DNA from: Podarcis bocagei
Taxonomy: Eukaryota
Length of the DNA: 64,000 nt
Strand: one strand, 5' to 3'
NCBI GenBank assembly: GCA_964188305.1
Contig: OZ076888.1
Shown here: positions 35,101 through 50,100 of the stretch, in pieces
How the letters are laid out: each line of letters opens with the position of its first letter
Position numbering within the stretch: the stretch's first letter is position 1
Made by a program: the position numbers and the translations under genes
Notes under the pieces: model-generated
Seen by the model: only the letters and a program-made list of their open reading frames with translations
The model's database searches: none
What the model was told of the DNA's origin: nothing

Positions 35101-38100
35101 CTGTGTGTATTCTGCACTCTATCCTGCCCACCCTCCACCACAAGGTGGCAAACAACAAAGAGCAAACTTTTTTTTAACTTTAAAAAATATGTGTGTGAGA
35201 GAGGGAGAAAGAGAGAGAGAGAATATATTGCTTAAATAACACAGCTGGACTTGTTTATTGTTTTGATTGCTGAAGTTTTCTGATTAGAAAACGAATGCTT
35301 TCATTTTCTTCCCTGTATAACCTAAATTAAGGGTGGGGAACTTGATCCAGCAGGTGGGACCCTTTCTTTCTGCAGTCCAGCTTTGACAGAAGGAAGGCAA
35401 CAGCCACCTGTCAATCACCTGACATCATTGTGACGCCAGGTAACTACTTAAAAGAGGCTGTCATCAGCAACCATCCGATCAAAAGGGAGTTTTCAGTACT
35501 AAAGTGGATGGGCGCAGAGAGCAATCCCCTTTGAACTATATAAGCCAATAGGATCAAAACTGCTCCACTAACTGTTCTAGGGAATTCCTGGGAGCTGATC
35601 CCATTTTTACCTGCCCCACACCTGGTAGCTGCAGTCAGGACAAATCATTATCTGCACTTACCCAGCCTAGCCACGAGCAGGTAAATGGCAGTGATTCTGA
35701 CTGATGACATGTAGCATTGTAGACAATCTTCTTGCTATATGGCTTTCTTTCTATTTAGGGAACAGTAACACAGTTCAATAATCCAAGTGAATTCTACATT
35801 CAAGTCAAATCTCCAGAAGTTCTAAGTAATATTAATAAGCTTAGTGTGAAATTGAAGGATTACGATGGAATTAACCAAGGTGAATATATTCCTGCCAAAG
35901 GTGAAGTCAGTGTTGGACAATATACCCTGGATCAGGTAACTTAATTATCAAATGGACTCAAGGACCAGGTGGTTTGTGGTTGGCTGTCCAAGAGAACCTG
36001 CAGCCAGCAACTTATCATTGTTGATTTATAGAAAGTATAGGTGTTCATAAAATGAGATATGTACTTAAGTCTTGTTTGTGTATGTGTAACTGACGTGAGC
36101 AGCGCTGTATAACTTTGCCAAAGTGAGAGGTGGTTGGCAGTATAATTCTACGCCAGTTATTTGCTCCAGATTTTCCAATGCTAGATAAAGGTGATGAAAG
36201 TTGTTGGGGCACTTGAATAAATTATGCCTGGGAATTTTCATCAGGGCAAGATGGTTTTTCTGAAGTAACATTTTAAATTTTATAATGGGTTATGTCACCT
36301 GAGATCTGTCACATAGGTCAAATGTTTTTAAATATAAACTAAAATGGTAATAAAAGTGCAGTTTAAATGCTGTAGGATTGTTCAATAGCTTCAAATGACA
36401 CTCCCACAGGCATACAATAAAGTACAAATAGAGGGATGAAGGGACGCAGGTGGCGCTATGGGTTAAACTACAGAGCCTAGGGCTTGCCGATTAGAAGGTC
36501 GGCGGTTCAAATCCCCGCAACGGGGTGAGCTCCTGTTGCTCGGTCCTAGCTCCTACCCACCTAGCAGTTCGAAAGCACCAAGTGCAAGTAGATAAATAGG
36601 TCCCGCTCCAGCGGGAAGGTAAACTGCATTTCCGTGCGCTGCTATGGTTCGCCAGAAGCGGCTTATTCATGCTGGCTACATGACCTTGAAGCTGTACGCC
36701 AGATCCCTCGACCAGTAAAGCGAGATGAGCGCCACAACCCCAGAGTCGTCTGCGACTGGACCTAATGGTCAGGGGTCCCGTTAACTTTAGAGGGATGAAG
36801 CCAAGGACTGGTTTTTAAAATTTTCCTCTTAGTTGTTATCTGTTAAGTATGACAGTTCACAACAAACACAAATAATAGGTGTTTTTCCTGTGATGTCACA
36901 GTTACTAATATTTAGAACAATAAAAGGAAATAAACTAGTAAAACCTTCCCAGTAGTCTCAAAAACCTCACCTAATAGAAGAGAAAATCTTTACATGCAAA
37001 GGTAGACGAAAAAGCTCTGAACAGAATTATAGGAAACCCTTGGGGTGGGATTTAATTTTTTAAAATTCTGTGGCACCCTAGGATATGCTGTGAAAACAAT
37101 ACTTTTGACAAATCTGTACTTCTATGAGCTTTATGAGTCCATCAACCATCTGCCTGCGGGTAACTGCTAGTAACTGTTGGAAAATAAATGTACACAGTTA
37201 GTGTTTGGGGCAGAGGGGCTGTTGGAATCTGAAGACATGATAAAGATTTTGGCTTGGGCTAAAACTAGCATTTGTGAGGCAGCATTATAGAAAGATTAAA
37301 AACTACACACACGTGGGAGTAGGATCAGTTTAGGTGACTAGGGAGTGGACAATAAATATTTGGGGTGTGCTGCAACCATTGTGTTTCCCATCTCTGCTTG
37401 TGCAGTTCTAATGGTTGTATTATCTGAAGATATAATAGTCTGCACTATTGACATGGTTGCCATATTTCAAAAGGTGAAAATCCGGACACAAATGTTGTTG
37501 AGCTTTTCCCCCCAAAATCTCAAAAAAGAGTTTTTAAAGGTATTTTTTATGAAATCTACAATGCCAACATGGGTGTCCCGTAAATTTGGATTTCCCCAGA
37601 CATTTCACTGATTTCCGCCCAGACTCTGTTATTGAGAGCTGAATACCGACTGTGTCTGGGAAATTCTGGACTTATGGCAACCCTAACATCACACACACAG
37701 CTGTGATAACCTAGTGCAAATGTAGGGTAAATCTGTAATTCTGTAGCAATAAGATAAAAACACCTGTGTTTTGGATTACTAGTAAGATGTGAACTGTAAT
37801 AAATCAAGTATTTATGAATTAGCAGCTCATGGTAGAATTGTTTGACTAACTAGTATCTCAGTTAAACTGAACATTTTCAGTTCAGCACAATTACAGTCTC
37901 CTCCATTCCCTGCAGAAAATGAGCTAATCATAGTAAGTCCAGTGTATTATTCTGTTTTCTAAATTACATCTGATACTAGCTTAAAAGCACAAAAATGTAT
38001 TGAAGGATCTGGTATTAAAATTGCCATTGTAGTTGTTCAACTGTTATGTTGAAGAAGAATCATTTTTCTTCTTAAAAAAGAATAAATCATAATGTAAAAT

Positions 38101-41100
38101 AACTTGTTCATGTTCAGACCTGGTACAGAGTGCTCATAAAAGAGGTGGATATCCTTAAGAAGAGTGCTCTGGTTTTATATATTGATTATGGAAATGGAGA
38201 GAATTTACCACTAAATAGAATTAAACGATTGCACCAAGATATTGCGCACATTCCACCCTGTGTAAGTATAAGTTTACACAATGCACCTTTACCACAGATA
38301 TTTAGAGTGTCAAGAATACAGACCTGTGTATGCAAATGCTAAAGTGTGTTGAGACAAATAATATGCCAGAATGTTGTTATTACTAACTACTAGAGACTCC
38401 AAAACTGGCATCTTGACTAAGACGCAAACGAAAATTTTAAATGGCCAACATACATATGTTTGAAGGACATGTGCACACATGACCATAAAGACCAGCAGTA
38501 AGCCAGACATCCTTACAGTGTGTTTTGTTTTTGCCTTGCTTTCAGGCCATTAAATGTTGTGTTGCTAATGTCCTCCCAACTGAAGAAAAATGGAATGCAA
38601 ACTGCAGCAAAGCTATTGCTCCATTTCTTATAGGAAAGTGCTGTTCATTCACTGTTATTGATGTTTTGGTGGATGAGATGCCCTATTTTGCTGTAGATGT
38701 TGTATTGGCAGATTCTGGTAAGTTTCATTAACAGTAATATTCTTTGTTGAATGAATTGTTAATTAAGCAGTGATGGTTAACATCAATTTTTGTAATCTGA
38801 CACATGAACTAGAAGGATTCTCACCGGATACTTCAATTGTATCCCATCTTGGGGTGGATGAGTCATTGCACAGTGATTGTATGTCATTCCCTACATATCA
38901 GGGAAGACTTGGTTCCATCATGGACTGACCAATAACTAATTGCTCAGTCATGCTTGCCTCAGATCCTCGATGGGCCTGGTGACACCAGGCAGTACCAAGA
39001 AATAGTATAAAAAAAGTGCTGCCTGAAAAGCCTGGCACCATGTTTCTGTTTATATGTGCAGATTTTTTTGTAAGCTACTTTGAGGACCTATTGGGACTAT
39101 AAAGTGGGATACAAGTATAAGTAAATAAAACTGAAGTGCATCTGACCCTGTATATAACTTGGAGAGGTGCTCTTAGTCAGTATTGGGTTAAATGAGCTGG
39201 TGGCCAGACTTGGAAACAGCTTCATAAGTTTGGAGTACTGTATTTTCTTCCTGTTTGACCAAACCCCTGGATAATATGTCAGTGCCCAGAATCAAAGCAT
39301 TGGAGACAAAAAGCTGTTTTGAGAAGTAGCTGCTCATATTGACTTGGCATAATTTACAAGAGATGAGTGTAGTGGACTCTGTTTTTTTGGCAGAATGTTT
39401 GTGTGCATGGCAGTTTTCTTTTTACTAGTCTTTGTGAAGCTGTCATTCACCAATTTATCTGTAATACTGTATGTGTCGTAGGCCTATTTACAGTAGTACT
39501 TTACAGATAGATTTGGTAGATCTGATGTATTTCAGTTGGCAGTGATTTGTTTTTGAATGGATATTAACAAATGTGTGTGTTTCAGGTAAACACTTACATG
39601 AAATACTCTTGGAAATTGGATGTAGTTTGAATTCAAGGAGTAGGAGTAGCAACAAGGAAAACTCAGTTACTGGTGAGTCCTTATTGTTTTATTTAATTCA
39701 TCTTGATTAATATCTTTATGAAAGCAAGGCACCTTTAAGCATGCACTTGCTAAAGATACTAAAATAGGTATATTCTATTGGTGCAAAATGTGTGTCATCT
39801 TTATGAGGCTTTGGAGTGTAGCCATAAGTTAACAGGTGCATTACAGCTGGGTTATCCAGGTCCAAAGGGCTGTTTTTGCTTTAATTTCGAGGGTTGAGTT
39901 GCCAGAATCTTGGACTATAACACTTGAGGTTATGGAAGATGCAGTGCCTCAGACTAGAGGTCATCCTAATGGGCGCTGGAGGAAAGGGAGTTGGCTCTAT
40001 TTGTGTTATATTGAGCTTGCCTTTCTGGTGATAGCTCCAAATGGGATAAAATTTAATGTAAAGCTGTATCTGTGGGTTGCTGCCTCAGTCCTTAGCCTTT
40101 GAGCAGAGATACAGCTTCAAGAGGAGCTGGTGGTTTTGTGGCACCTTCAAGCTGTGCTCGTGGTGTCCTAGTTCACATGAGAGGTAGTGCATTATTGAGA
40201 GTCTTCTGAGTCTCGTTTTGTTTAAAACTACTATAGATGGATGAATGTGTCTATGAATGTTATTCTGCATTCTCTTAAGGATGATAAGTTTTTTTTACTT
40301 AAATTGTTATTAAATACCAGTAAAACCTGCAACTCTGGTTTTGATAATAGATTCTTTTTTCATAGGTTCTATTGTGGAAAAGATTTCTATTCAGGAAAAG
40401 AAGGTTGAGCATAAAGGACTGGATCATAGTGGCTGTCAAACTCGCAAGGTTATCTTGCCATCTATAGGAGATACATTTTTGGGTATGGTTGCCCACATAC
40501 AAACACCAGGAGATTTCTTTTGTCAGCAGATGGAAAATGGCTGTAAGTCCTTGTTTTTAGTTAAATTAAAATGTAAACATGTATGCAGGAGTAGCATTTG
40601 AATATTTAACAGAACTTTAAAAATGTCAGGAAGTGGTGAGGTGTTGAGTTTTTTTGCATTGAAGTGTGAGATTAATACTTAACATCACTCTTAATTTATA
40701 GCTTCTAGTTTGCACTTTATAATCCACAACATGCCTAGACTTTCTGTGTAACCTCCAAACAACCAACAATATTCAAATGACAGCATTTGCTGGCAAATGA
40801 AAGTACACTTTTATATTGCTTACTTGTGGTTTGGGAACATTTTGGTTTTTTATTTAACAATTTCCACATAACTGTTTTGTCAGGCAAACTTACTGAGCTT
40901 CAAGTATCCCTGGGTGAATACTGCGACACAATCTCTGCTACCCCAGATTTCTGCCCAGCAGTAGGAGACTTGTGTTGTGCGCAGTTTACAGGTAAGTATT
41001 ACTTGTTGATGATGGTGATTTGCTGTTGTTGGCCTATATCTAACAGAGTTCACTTGTTCAAGCCCATGGAAATCTGTGGGCTTAAGTATGCCTCTAGTGA

Positions 41101-44100
41101 GTGGTGCTTTACAGAATGCAAGAAGTCAAGTCCCTGTCATAGGAGATTGCAGCCCACATGGTGAAACTTTATGGGCAAAATGGGAACATAAAAGGTGCCT
41201 TATGCCAAATTAGACCATCAGTCCTACTAGCTCAGTATTGTCTCAGTGACTGACAGCAGTTGTTCAGGATTTCAGACACAAGTCTTTTTCAGTTGTAGCT
41301 AGAGATGCCAGGGATTGAATCTGTATGCTTTGCCACTGAGCTACAGCCCTTCCCTTAAGTTTTGAAGAGGTTTTTGTAGGAGGTAAGAGTGCTGGTACAA
41401 GCATAACGGACAGCAGGGGGAAAAGGACAGTCATTTGAGGAAGCCAGGTGTCTTCAGGCAGCTGAGAGTGGTAGAACTGGAAGGGTAACAGTTGTGGGTG
41501 AGGATATATTGGTATAAGAAAAGAGCTATAATGGAAGAAGGCTATGGAGGGCTTTGAGGAACGAGTGCTAGATCTGTGTAGAGCTCTGATGAATGATGTT
41601 CTGTGTCAGAGAAACAAGAGGTCACTTTTTTGGAGAGAGACGAGACAACAGAAGACCGGGAATGAAGGTTGAAGAAGTCAGGGAAAGATATTACTAGAAT
41701 GTGAACCAGAATTCTTGCCAGAGGGGCAGAGAGGGGCTGTATCTTCACAATGTTGTAAAGTGACATGGCTTCAACAAACAAAGTAATGTGGAAGGAGAGA
41801 GGTTGAACGTAAAGCCAAGGCTTTGTGCCTGTTCAGCAGGTTGGATGTTGCAAGTTGGGTAAAGAGAGTATTCAAGGAAAGAAGAGCTTTGGATGAAATA
41901 TGAGAAGTTTAGTCTTCAGCATACTGGGAGAAATTCAGTGTAGGGCTAAAGAGATTGTTCCATCTGGCAAGCTGAAATACTTCTGCTGATGGAACAATCT
42001 TCCCTCTTCTCCTATGTGCAGTTCTGTGTATCCTCTGGACCTACCTACCTACTGTGCCAATTTGGGTGGGAGTGAAAAGCTCTGTTGCACTAGTGGAAGA
42101 CCTTGTGCTGCCTTCTGCTAATGAGATTCATTAGTTGAATCCAACCCACTAAGTTTCAGGCAATGTTAAAACAGCAGATTAGAAATAACAAAAGAGACAG
42201 TTGGAGATGTGAATTTGGGTAGAGGGAGAAAATTCTAAAGTACATGGTAGAGCTGGGTGAAATCAGCGCTGAATGTTATAGGATTGGAAGAAGTTGCCCA
42301 GGGGCAATGTAGAACAGTATTCTTCAGCCTTGGGTCCCCAGATGTTTCAGCAGATTGAAAAGCAGTGGTATAGGGCAAGCTTCTCGAATCGGGACCCTCC
42401 AGACATTTTGGAGTGCAGCTGCATTCAACCCTGAACAATTGTCATGGGAGTTGTGGTCCAAAACATCTGGAAGGATTGTGGGGAAGGCTGGCACGGAGAG
42501 AGACCAGCTATGAGACAACAACAGGTCCATGAAAAATGCCAGCACAGAAGGGAAAACCAGAGTAAGTGTGTCCACTTTTTGGAGCCACTGAAGCAACAAT
42601 CTGGTAGGAAGAAAAACATCTAAAGTCAGAATCATGGAGACCTAGGTCATTGTGAGTTGAGCAGGAGTGAATGGTCAGCGGTTTCAAAGGCAGCAGGCGA
42701 GTCAAGAAGCAAGAGGACTGGAGAGTAGATAAAGGATAGCTTGCAAGTGTAGATAAGCCTGTACTAATTTAAAGGACCACTGAGGTATTTATTGAAGATG
42801 AGATCTCAGTTTTTTCTGTTGATTTACATAGGTAGTTTTGGGGCCTTTCCAGCATTTTTACCCATATGCAGAAATTGGAGGCTCAGTTCTTCAATAGTTT
42901 TTTTTTGTTTTTTGTTTTGTTTTGTTTTGTATTCACACTTTGTTGGCCTAATGGCCAGTGTCTGGCATTTTATATAAAACCAGAGCATATCAGAGCATTT
43001 TTCACTTGATCTTGGACTTTTAAGTCTTTAAAAGTATTACATGGTCGTTGGCACTTTTGCTCTTTCTACAGAAGCAGTAGGATCCCTATTGGCCCTGAAT
43101 TGCAACATCCTTTGAGACTGGAGACCTTTGCAAATCTGTGCCCCTGATGTTTTCTAGAGTAGCATGTGTACTGCTGTGCAGGGAAGAACTAGTTTGGCTA
43201 GTATTGGCTCAGACTTCTACTGCCACAATGAAAGCCACCACTTGTGTACAGTAGCTGCAGTAAAAATCAGTATGTAGCATGGGGTTGTTAGTCGTATAAT
43301 TTTTACATGACAAATGTATTTTTATTTTCCAGAAGACAAACAGTGGTACCGTGCATCAGTTTTGTCCTACATCTCAGAAAAAACTGCTCTAGTGGGCTAT
43401 GTAGATTATGGTAACATAGAAGTCCTTCCATTAAATAAACTTCGGCCAATCATTCCAAAATTAATGGAGTTACCAGTACAGGCTATAAAGTGCACATTAG
43501 CAGGTATGAAACAGAATGACTAAATACATCTTGGGAATAGCAGACACAATTATTATTTTTTGCAACAGTGAGGGAAACAAAGAGATTAACCTGTGGAGAC
43601 AAAATGGAAATTGAAGCTGTGCCATAAAATTTGTACCAGGTACAGCTTCTGAATTTAGATACAGAATCATCCCAATTATGCATCAATATGATGCAACCTG
43701 CACCAGGCAGATTGGAGATTCCTTTGGAAGTGTTGTGATAGGAAATAAAGTTGTCTGTATATTGATTACTGTATTAACTCCTTTTATTTAAAGCCTACCA
43801 TTAAAAGCTTGCTGTGCCTGAGGCTCATAGTATGAAATACTTAACATAGTTCAAATTACTCTTTTTCCTAGAGTTGGCAGCTTTGTGATATACTCTAGCC
43901 CTACCTTGTTCATATTGGGTTTTGGATTGTCACTGACCTGGTAGTCCTAACTATGCCAGGCAATGGCCCAGAGCTGTGTTCTCTCTGAGCAGACTTGCCT
44001 GACACTTCTTGCAAACATTGTAGGAGGCACAGCAGCAGAAAAGGCAAAACGTTAGTAGCCATTTGGTGCTTCCCCAGAGGCGGCAAAAGTTATTGCGTCA

Positions 44101-47100
44101 ACACTGCATAGATATTAGTAAAGCCTGTTCTGATTACAAAGGAACATTTTTGTGTCATTTTGTTGTTTCAGGAATATGAAATAGAGAATTATGTGCTGGG
44201 TATGCAGATAATTGGTTACCTGATCGAAAATGTTAGAAATATACTTTTATTGCTGATGGACTTATATCATTACAAAGAAAATTCTCTTCCAAAGAAAAAT
44301 AACTAACTTGTAAAGAAGTAATTTATTTTATTTTATTTTTTAAACCCGTCTCTTATTTCAAGGTGTAAAGCCAGCATCTGGAACCTGGTCCACAGAATCA
44401 ACTTCTGTTATGAAGAAGCTGGTGCAAAATAAAGTACTCACTATAAGAGTAATAAATGAGAAGGACAAAACTTTTGTGGTCAAACTTACAGATGAATCCA
44501 GGACTCCAACAATAAATGTGTCTAAATATCTTTTAGAGTTGGGATGTGCAGTGGAAGAAGCCGCCACTGTCCCAGCAGTGCTTGAAACAAGCACTGGAAC
44601 GTTGCAAAAAATGAGTGGTGAGTATGTGAAAACTAACTAGCTTGAGGACTTGACCTGCATTAGTAATTTACTGTGAATATTACAACACTGAATAAGACTC
44701 AGATTTAGGAACAGCATTCATTATTTTTGCTGCTGCACTGTTACTAATCACATATTTGTTGTACCTAATCTATAATAGACAACGTCTACCCAAATCGCCC
44801 TCTGAAACTAAAAATGGGGAAATATATTAGACTTTGCTGATGGGGATCTGTTACATTTCCACCAGTAGAATGAACATTGAAAAAACATAACTCCTAATGG
44901 TTATTTTTATATTTATCTATAGGTCAACAGCTGGACAAAATTGATTGGTCAAGGGTCACATTAACAGCCAAGCAGGTGGTAAATGTGTTTGTTTGCGTGC
45001 TATACAACCCCAGCAAATTCTATTGCCAATTGTTAGACAATAACGGTACATCTTTCTTTTTTTCCCTTTGAGTGTTCTGTTCCTTGTGTATCAATTTTTA
45101 TATTTCAGCCATCTATAGCTCTCTTTCAGTCACATGCCCCAACACTTAGCCTGTTATTTACATATCTATCCAGTGTCCTCAAACAAGTATGATTCAGAAA
45201 CCTGACAGGTGTGTCATTGCTTTTTTCACTCACATAGTTGTTTGTGCAAACAACTATACTTAGACAGCATTCATCTTGTGGAGCAACCTCTTCCATTTTG
45301 CACAGTGAATATTAAGAGGGCATAATTCTGTCACTCTCCTGCATGCATCTTGTTTGGTTCTCCCCCCCCCCCCCCGTTAGTGCAATAAAGGAGGGGAATG
45401 CAAACAGTAACAGTACATTTTGTCCTATTGCTCAATAGCTTTATACAGCAAAACCTCGGTTCCAGAATGGCTCCGCTTTGAAATGTTTCAGCTCCCGAAT
45501 GCCAGAAACCTGGAATTAAGTGTTGCGGTTTTCGAACGTTTTTCGGAAGCCGAACGTCCGATATGGCTACTGCTTGGGTGCAGGAAGCTCCTGCAACCAC
45601 TCAGAAGCCACGCCTCGGTTGTCGAACATTTCGGAAGCTGAACAGGCTTCTGAATCGGATTAAGTTTGACATCCAAGGTTTGACTGTATTTATAAACTGT
45701 TTTCAAACTCAGCACCATCATTGGTACACTTATTCAAACTTCCTATCATATGGTTATGTAGCAGTTCTGTAGCAGCAGTATTGCTTGGTGGAGTTCTTCC
45801 ATATTAGCTGTTTTAGAAAAGGTTGAGATGTTAGCTGACTTAAGCCATATATTGGAAGGAAGGCCTCTAGACTTTTCTCATTAAACTTTTGACAGTGGTT
45901 AGTGTTGCAATTTCAATCTTAATTTTGCAGGCTTGAATGCTTTGGAAGAACTCAATATATCTTTAGCAGCATACTGCCAGAAAACAGCCCCAAACATTTC
46001 CAAAGTTACAAAGGGAGATGTGTGCTGTGCTTATTTCTCTGGTGAGTAAGTTTGCTTATTGCTCATTCTCTTCTGTATTTCATTGATATTTTATAGAAAT
46101 CACATTTCTCTGTTTGCTGTGGAAAGTATCCAACTGAGTACTTCCAACACCTGGTGCATTTAGACATACACTGAGCAATTGAAACGTCATGCAGTTCATG
46201 GCCTTGGCTCCTTTCACCCCAATTCCCTAGAAGGAAAGGCATCCAGCAGAGCAATGGAGCAAGAACTGCATTGTCGCAATTTACGAAACAGTAGATTTCA
46301 TTCCATGCTAATAATGCTAATATGAATACTGCTCAAGACAGTTTGCAAAAAAGTAAACAGTAAAAACGCAATAGTATAATGATGGTAATACATAATGTGA
46401 TAATTCTTAAGAATTAACAGTTCCTATAAAATGTATCAAAATTGAAGTAAGCACACCACTTACCAATAGGTCAGTTAATAATATCCCAAAGAAGCCCCAA
46501 ACCTGATACCATTTGTACCTAGACAGCACCCCAGGCACCCAGCGTTTATGCCTAAACTCAAAAGGCCTCAAATACCCTCTCAGTTCTCCTAGCAGCTACT
46601 TCCTTAAAAATGTCCCTGGGGCATGTCAGAGGGAAGCTGCCATCTTCTGATGGCAAAGAAGAGTCTCCTCACTAAGCTGTTGCCAGGGCTGAAGATAGGT
46701 CTTGATATGTATATATTTCTTTTTATTATTATCCATTATCCTTGAATAGGATCTTAGTACTTTTCCTGCAATATGACAGAGTAACTTTAATGTCTGACTA
46801 AAAATGGTATTGCTTTGAAATAGGGGTAGCATCAATCTGCTATATATGTCTACACCCAAGTAGCAAAAGATCAGACTACTGTTTTTAATGAGAGAGTAAA
46901 TTATTTGTAAATTATTGGATATTACAAGATCTTTGTTTCTGTCTTATTTTAATTTAGGTGATGGTAGATGGTATCGGGCTTTGGTGAAAGAAGCCAGTTC
47001 ATTTGAAGCTTTTAAAGTTCTATTTGTAGATTATGGAAACTACGAAGAGGTAACTCTGGACAAAATCAGACAGATTACATCTACCTTTATGAAACTCCCA

Positions 47101-50100
47101 TTTCAAGCAATTGAATGTTCGCTGTCAGGTACAGTTACCTTACTTCAGTAGAAATCTCTTGAACTGCAAATAAGATATAAAGTTACACTGTTTTAAACAA
47201 TATTTCTGTTTAAGGTGTATTCCTGAATCTAAGATCCAAAATGTTAATCTGTTAGACACTTGAAGCCTGTATCTCAGGCTAAATTGTCCTAAGGGAATAG
47301 GAGTAAGAAAACAGTTAAGCCACAACCAGCAGAGTAGTGTAGGATAAATATGACCCAGAAACTGTTCCAAATTAGAAATTACTAAATACTGAAACTGTCT
47401 TTATTCTTGGATATTCCTACGTTTTGCATATGTAAATCTTTTACATATTTATGTAAAAGATTTTAAATTTATGATAACAGGTCCCTAAGGTTTTCAAAAT
47501 CCTCTAATATATTTATAGTACAATTTATTCATTTTTACTGAGATACAAGTTTTCTAGTAACAATAAGGGATTTGCAGCCTTAGTAACATCAAGAGCATTG
47601 TCTAAAGAGTCCCTAATGGCTGCTTAAATATTTTTCCCCCTCAGGTGTAAGACCCATAAATAAGGAATGGACAGCAGAAGCTACAACAACACTTGAGACG
47701 TTCACAGCTGGGAAGAAAATTCAGGCCAGAGTAGTTTCTTTAACGACAAATGGTGCTGAAGTAGAGCTTATTGACAATTCTGAGAGCAGTCCCATAGTGA
47801 TCAGCGAATATTTAATTAAGAATAATTTAGCTTTGAAAAAGGAAATAGTGTCGGATCTGAATGTGCAGCCAGGTGAATTGACAGACAGTGATTCCCAAGG
47901 TAATGTTACTAACTTTTAAAAATGAAGAATCTGCATACAGTTTGTCTGTTTTGTGTAGGTATAGGGAATGTGCTGTGGTGTTAAGCATGTCAATCAGCAA
48001 ATGTGATAAATTATTAAGTCACCAGGTACGTTTTGAACTTTCTGTTGATGAATGTTATCACATTGATGGAAATGGGCATAAAACTTGGTGGTTCTCCATA
48101 GATGAGCTGAAAGAACAAGCAATAGTATGCTTCAATAACAGTATAGATTTCAAAATTAAACATCACGAAATTCATTACCTGTGTAGAGTTGTTCCCTTCA
48201 CAACAGGCTATGTAACATCTATTTCTGTAAACTATGGTCTAATTCACACATCGTTGTAAACCACAGGTGGACAACCAAAGGGCAGCATGCAGCCCTTGGC
48301 CATTCTCTCTGGGTGATGGGGGAAATGAGAGCTCTTCCCATGCAGCTTAGCAGCAGGAGAAATGTACACATTGCACGTGCTGAGAGGAGCCTTTAACTTC
48401 CTCCTCAAAAGCTTCTGATCCAGACAAGATTGGTGTTCCCACACGGCATCAAGAACACAAGGGGCAGGGATTAACATCCATTCCCCCACTACTTCCTGTG
48501 CAGATTAGCTAGTGGGGAGATAGTGTATATAGTGTGTACATGTGAATTATGCGTTGAAGGTGTGTGAGAGAGTTGTGTATGTCTTATTTAAAAGCACTGT
48601 CCAGTGCTGACTGTGCCCATCCACTGGCTTCACATCTTTTATAAGTGGCAGCATATAATTGTCAGAACAATTGGCACATAAATAATCTGTTTTGTAAAGC
48701 TTCAGATGCGTTGTCTGGCAATATATGTTGGTACGTATACCCTACTACTATTTCCGTGGCTTTTTTTGTTATATCTTCAGCAATATGGATATTTAATTGA
48801 TGCCTACTAAGGATCACAATGGGGACGCAGGTGGTGTTGTGGGTTAAACCACCGAGCCTAGGGTTTGCCGATCAGAAGGTCGGCAGTTCGAATCTCCACG
48901 ATGGGGTGAGCTCCCGTTGCTCGGTCCCTGCTCCTGCCAACCTAGCAGTTCGAAAGCACGTCAAAGTGCAAGTAGATAAATAGGTACCGCTCCGGCGGGA
49001 AGGTAAATGGCGTTTCTGTGCGCTGCTCTGGTTCACCAGAGGTGGCTTAGTCATGCTGACCACATGACCCGGAAGCTGTACGCTCCCTTGGCCAATAAAG
49101 CGAGATGAGCGCCGCAACCCCAGAGTCGGTAACAACTGGACCTAATGGTCAGGGGTCCCTTTACTAAGGATCACAATCTAGAATTACTGATAATTGCAAA
49201 GTTATTCTAAGAAAAAAAGAATTAAAAACTGATGAGGGGAAAGGAAACATACAAAACATTGCATCCCTTGGGCCCAACACTGTGGATTTTTGCCTTTATG
49301 TGGAGGATTCCCCCAGCTGTTTCCTCTGTCCTGCTTGCATGCAGGTAACGCAAGGGGCGATTGCAGGGAGCAGGAAGATCCATGCATGCCTTCCATAACC
49401 CTGTCCACTTCTTCTGTGTGCATCCTCATGCTATTTGCATGCATGCATGCACAGGTGATGGGGAACAGGGATTCGGGTTCCACCGGTACGCATCCTCTGT
49501 GTCCATACTCAGGTGGGATCAGGTCTCACTTTTCTGTAATGTAGACTCCATCCTGAAACTAATGGCAGGTAATTTTCATAACCAAGGTCAGCCACATAAA
49601 AGTGCTTAGCAGATAATTTTCACTTGTGTGTAATATTGCAGGATGCATACAGTGGACAACAACAGAATTTCCGGTTGGTGAAACTGTGCCTGTTCATGTA
49701 TTAGATGTGACAAACCCTGGTTTATTCTATGCTGTACCCACAAAAATAAAAGGTAAGAACTACAGAATGCTGTAAGTTGCCATAGATTTTCTGTATGTGG
49801 GCCCCGTTCAGTCATAATAGAAAACAATGTTTTTCACTATGTAAATGACCACGACAAAATCTGGTCACAAATCTTCATTATTCCCTTCCCTTTTTAGTGC
49901 CTGTAAGAAGACTAGAAGTTCCCCATGTGACATTCAGATTTGGAGAGTTATGGTTTATTTATGAATTGTTCTAAAACCATGACCCCATGGTGTGTTAAAC
50001 TTCAATTTGAAGAAGCCCATTGTTACGTATCTGCACCAGAAGTGTGCAAGGACTTAAAAAAAAACCTGCACTAGTTGAAAGTTTTATAATTTGGGAACTT

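Noticed and set aside
36441-36520. tRNA-like A/B boxes as a tRNA gene
   Set aside because: This is the tRNA-derived head of a Sauria SINE, bounded by a TSD
48706-48730. Possible extra TDRD1 micro-exon (ttcag|...|gtacgt)
   Set aside because: 25 nt would break the frame between two phase-1 junctions; the CDS is continuous without it
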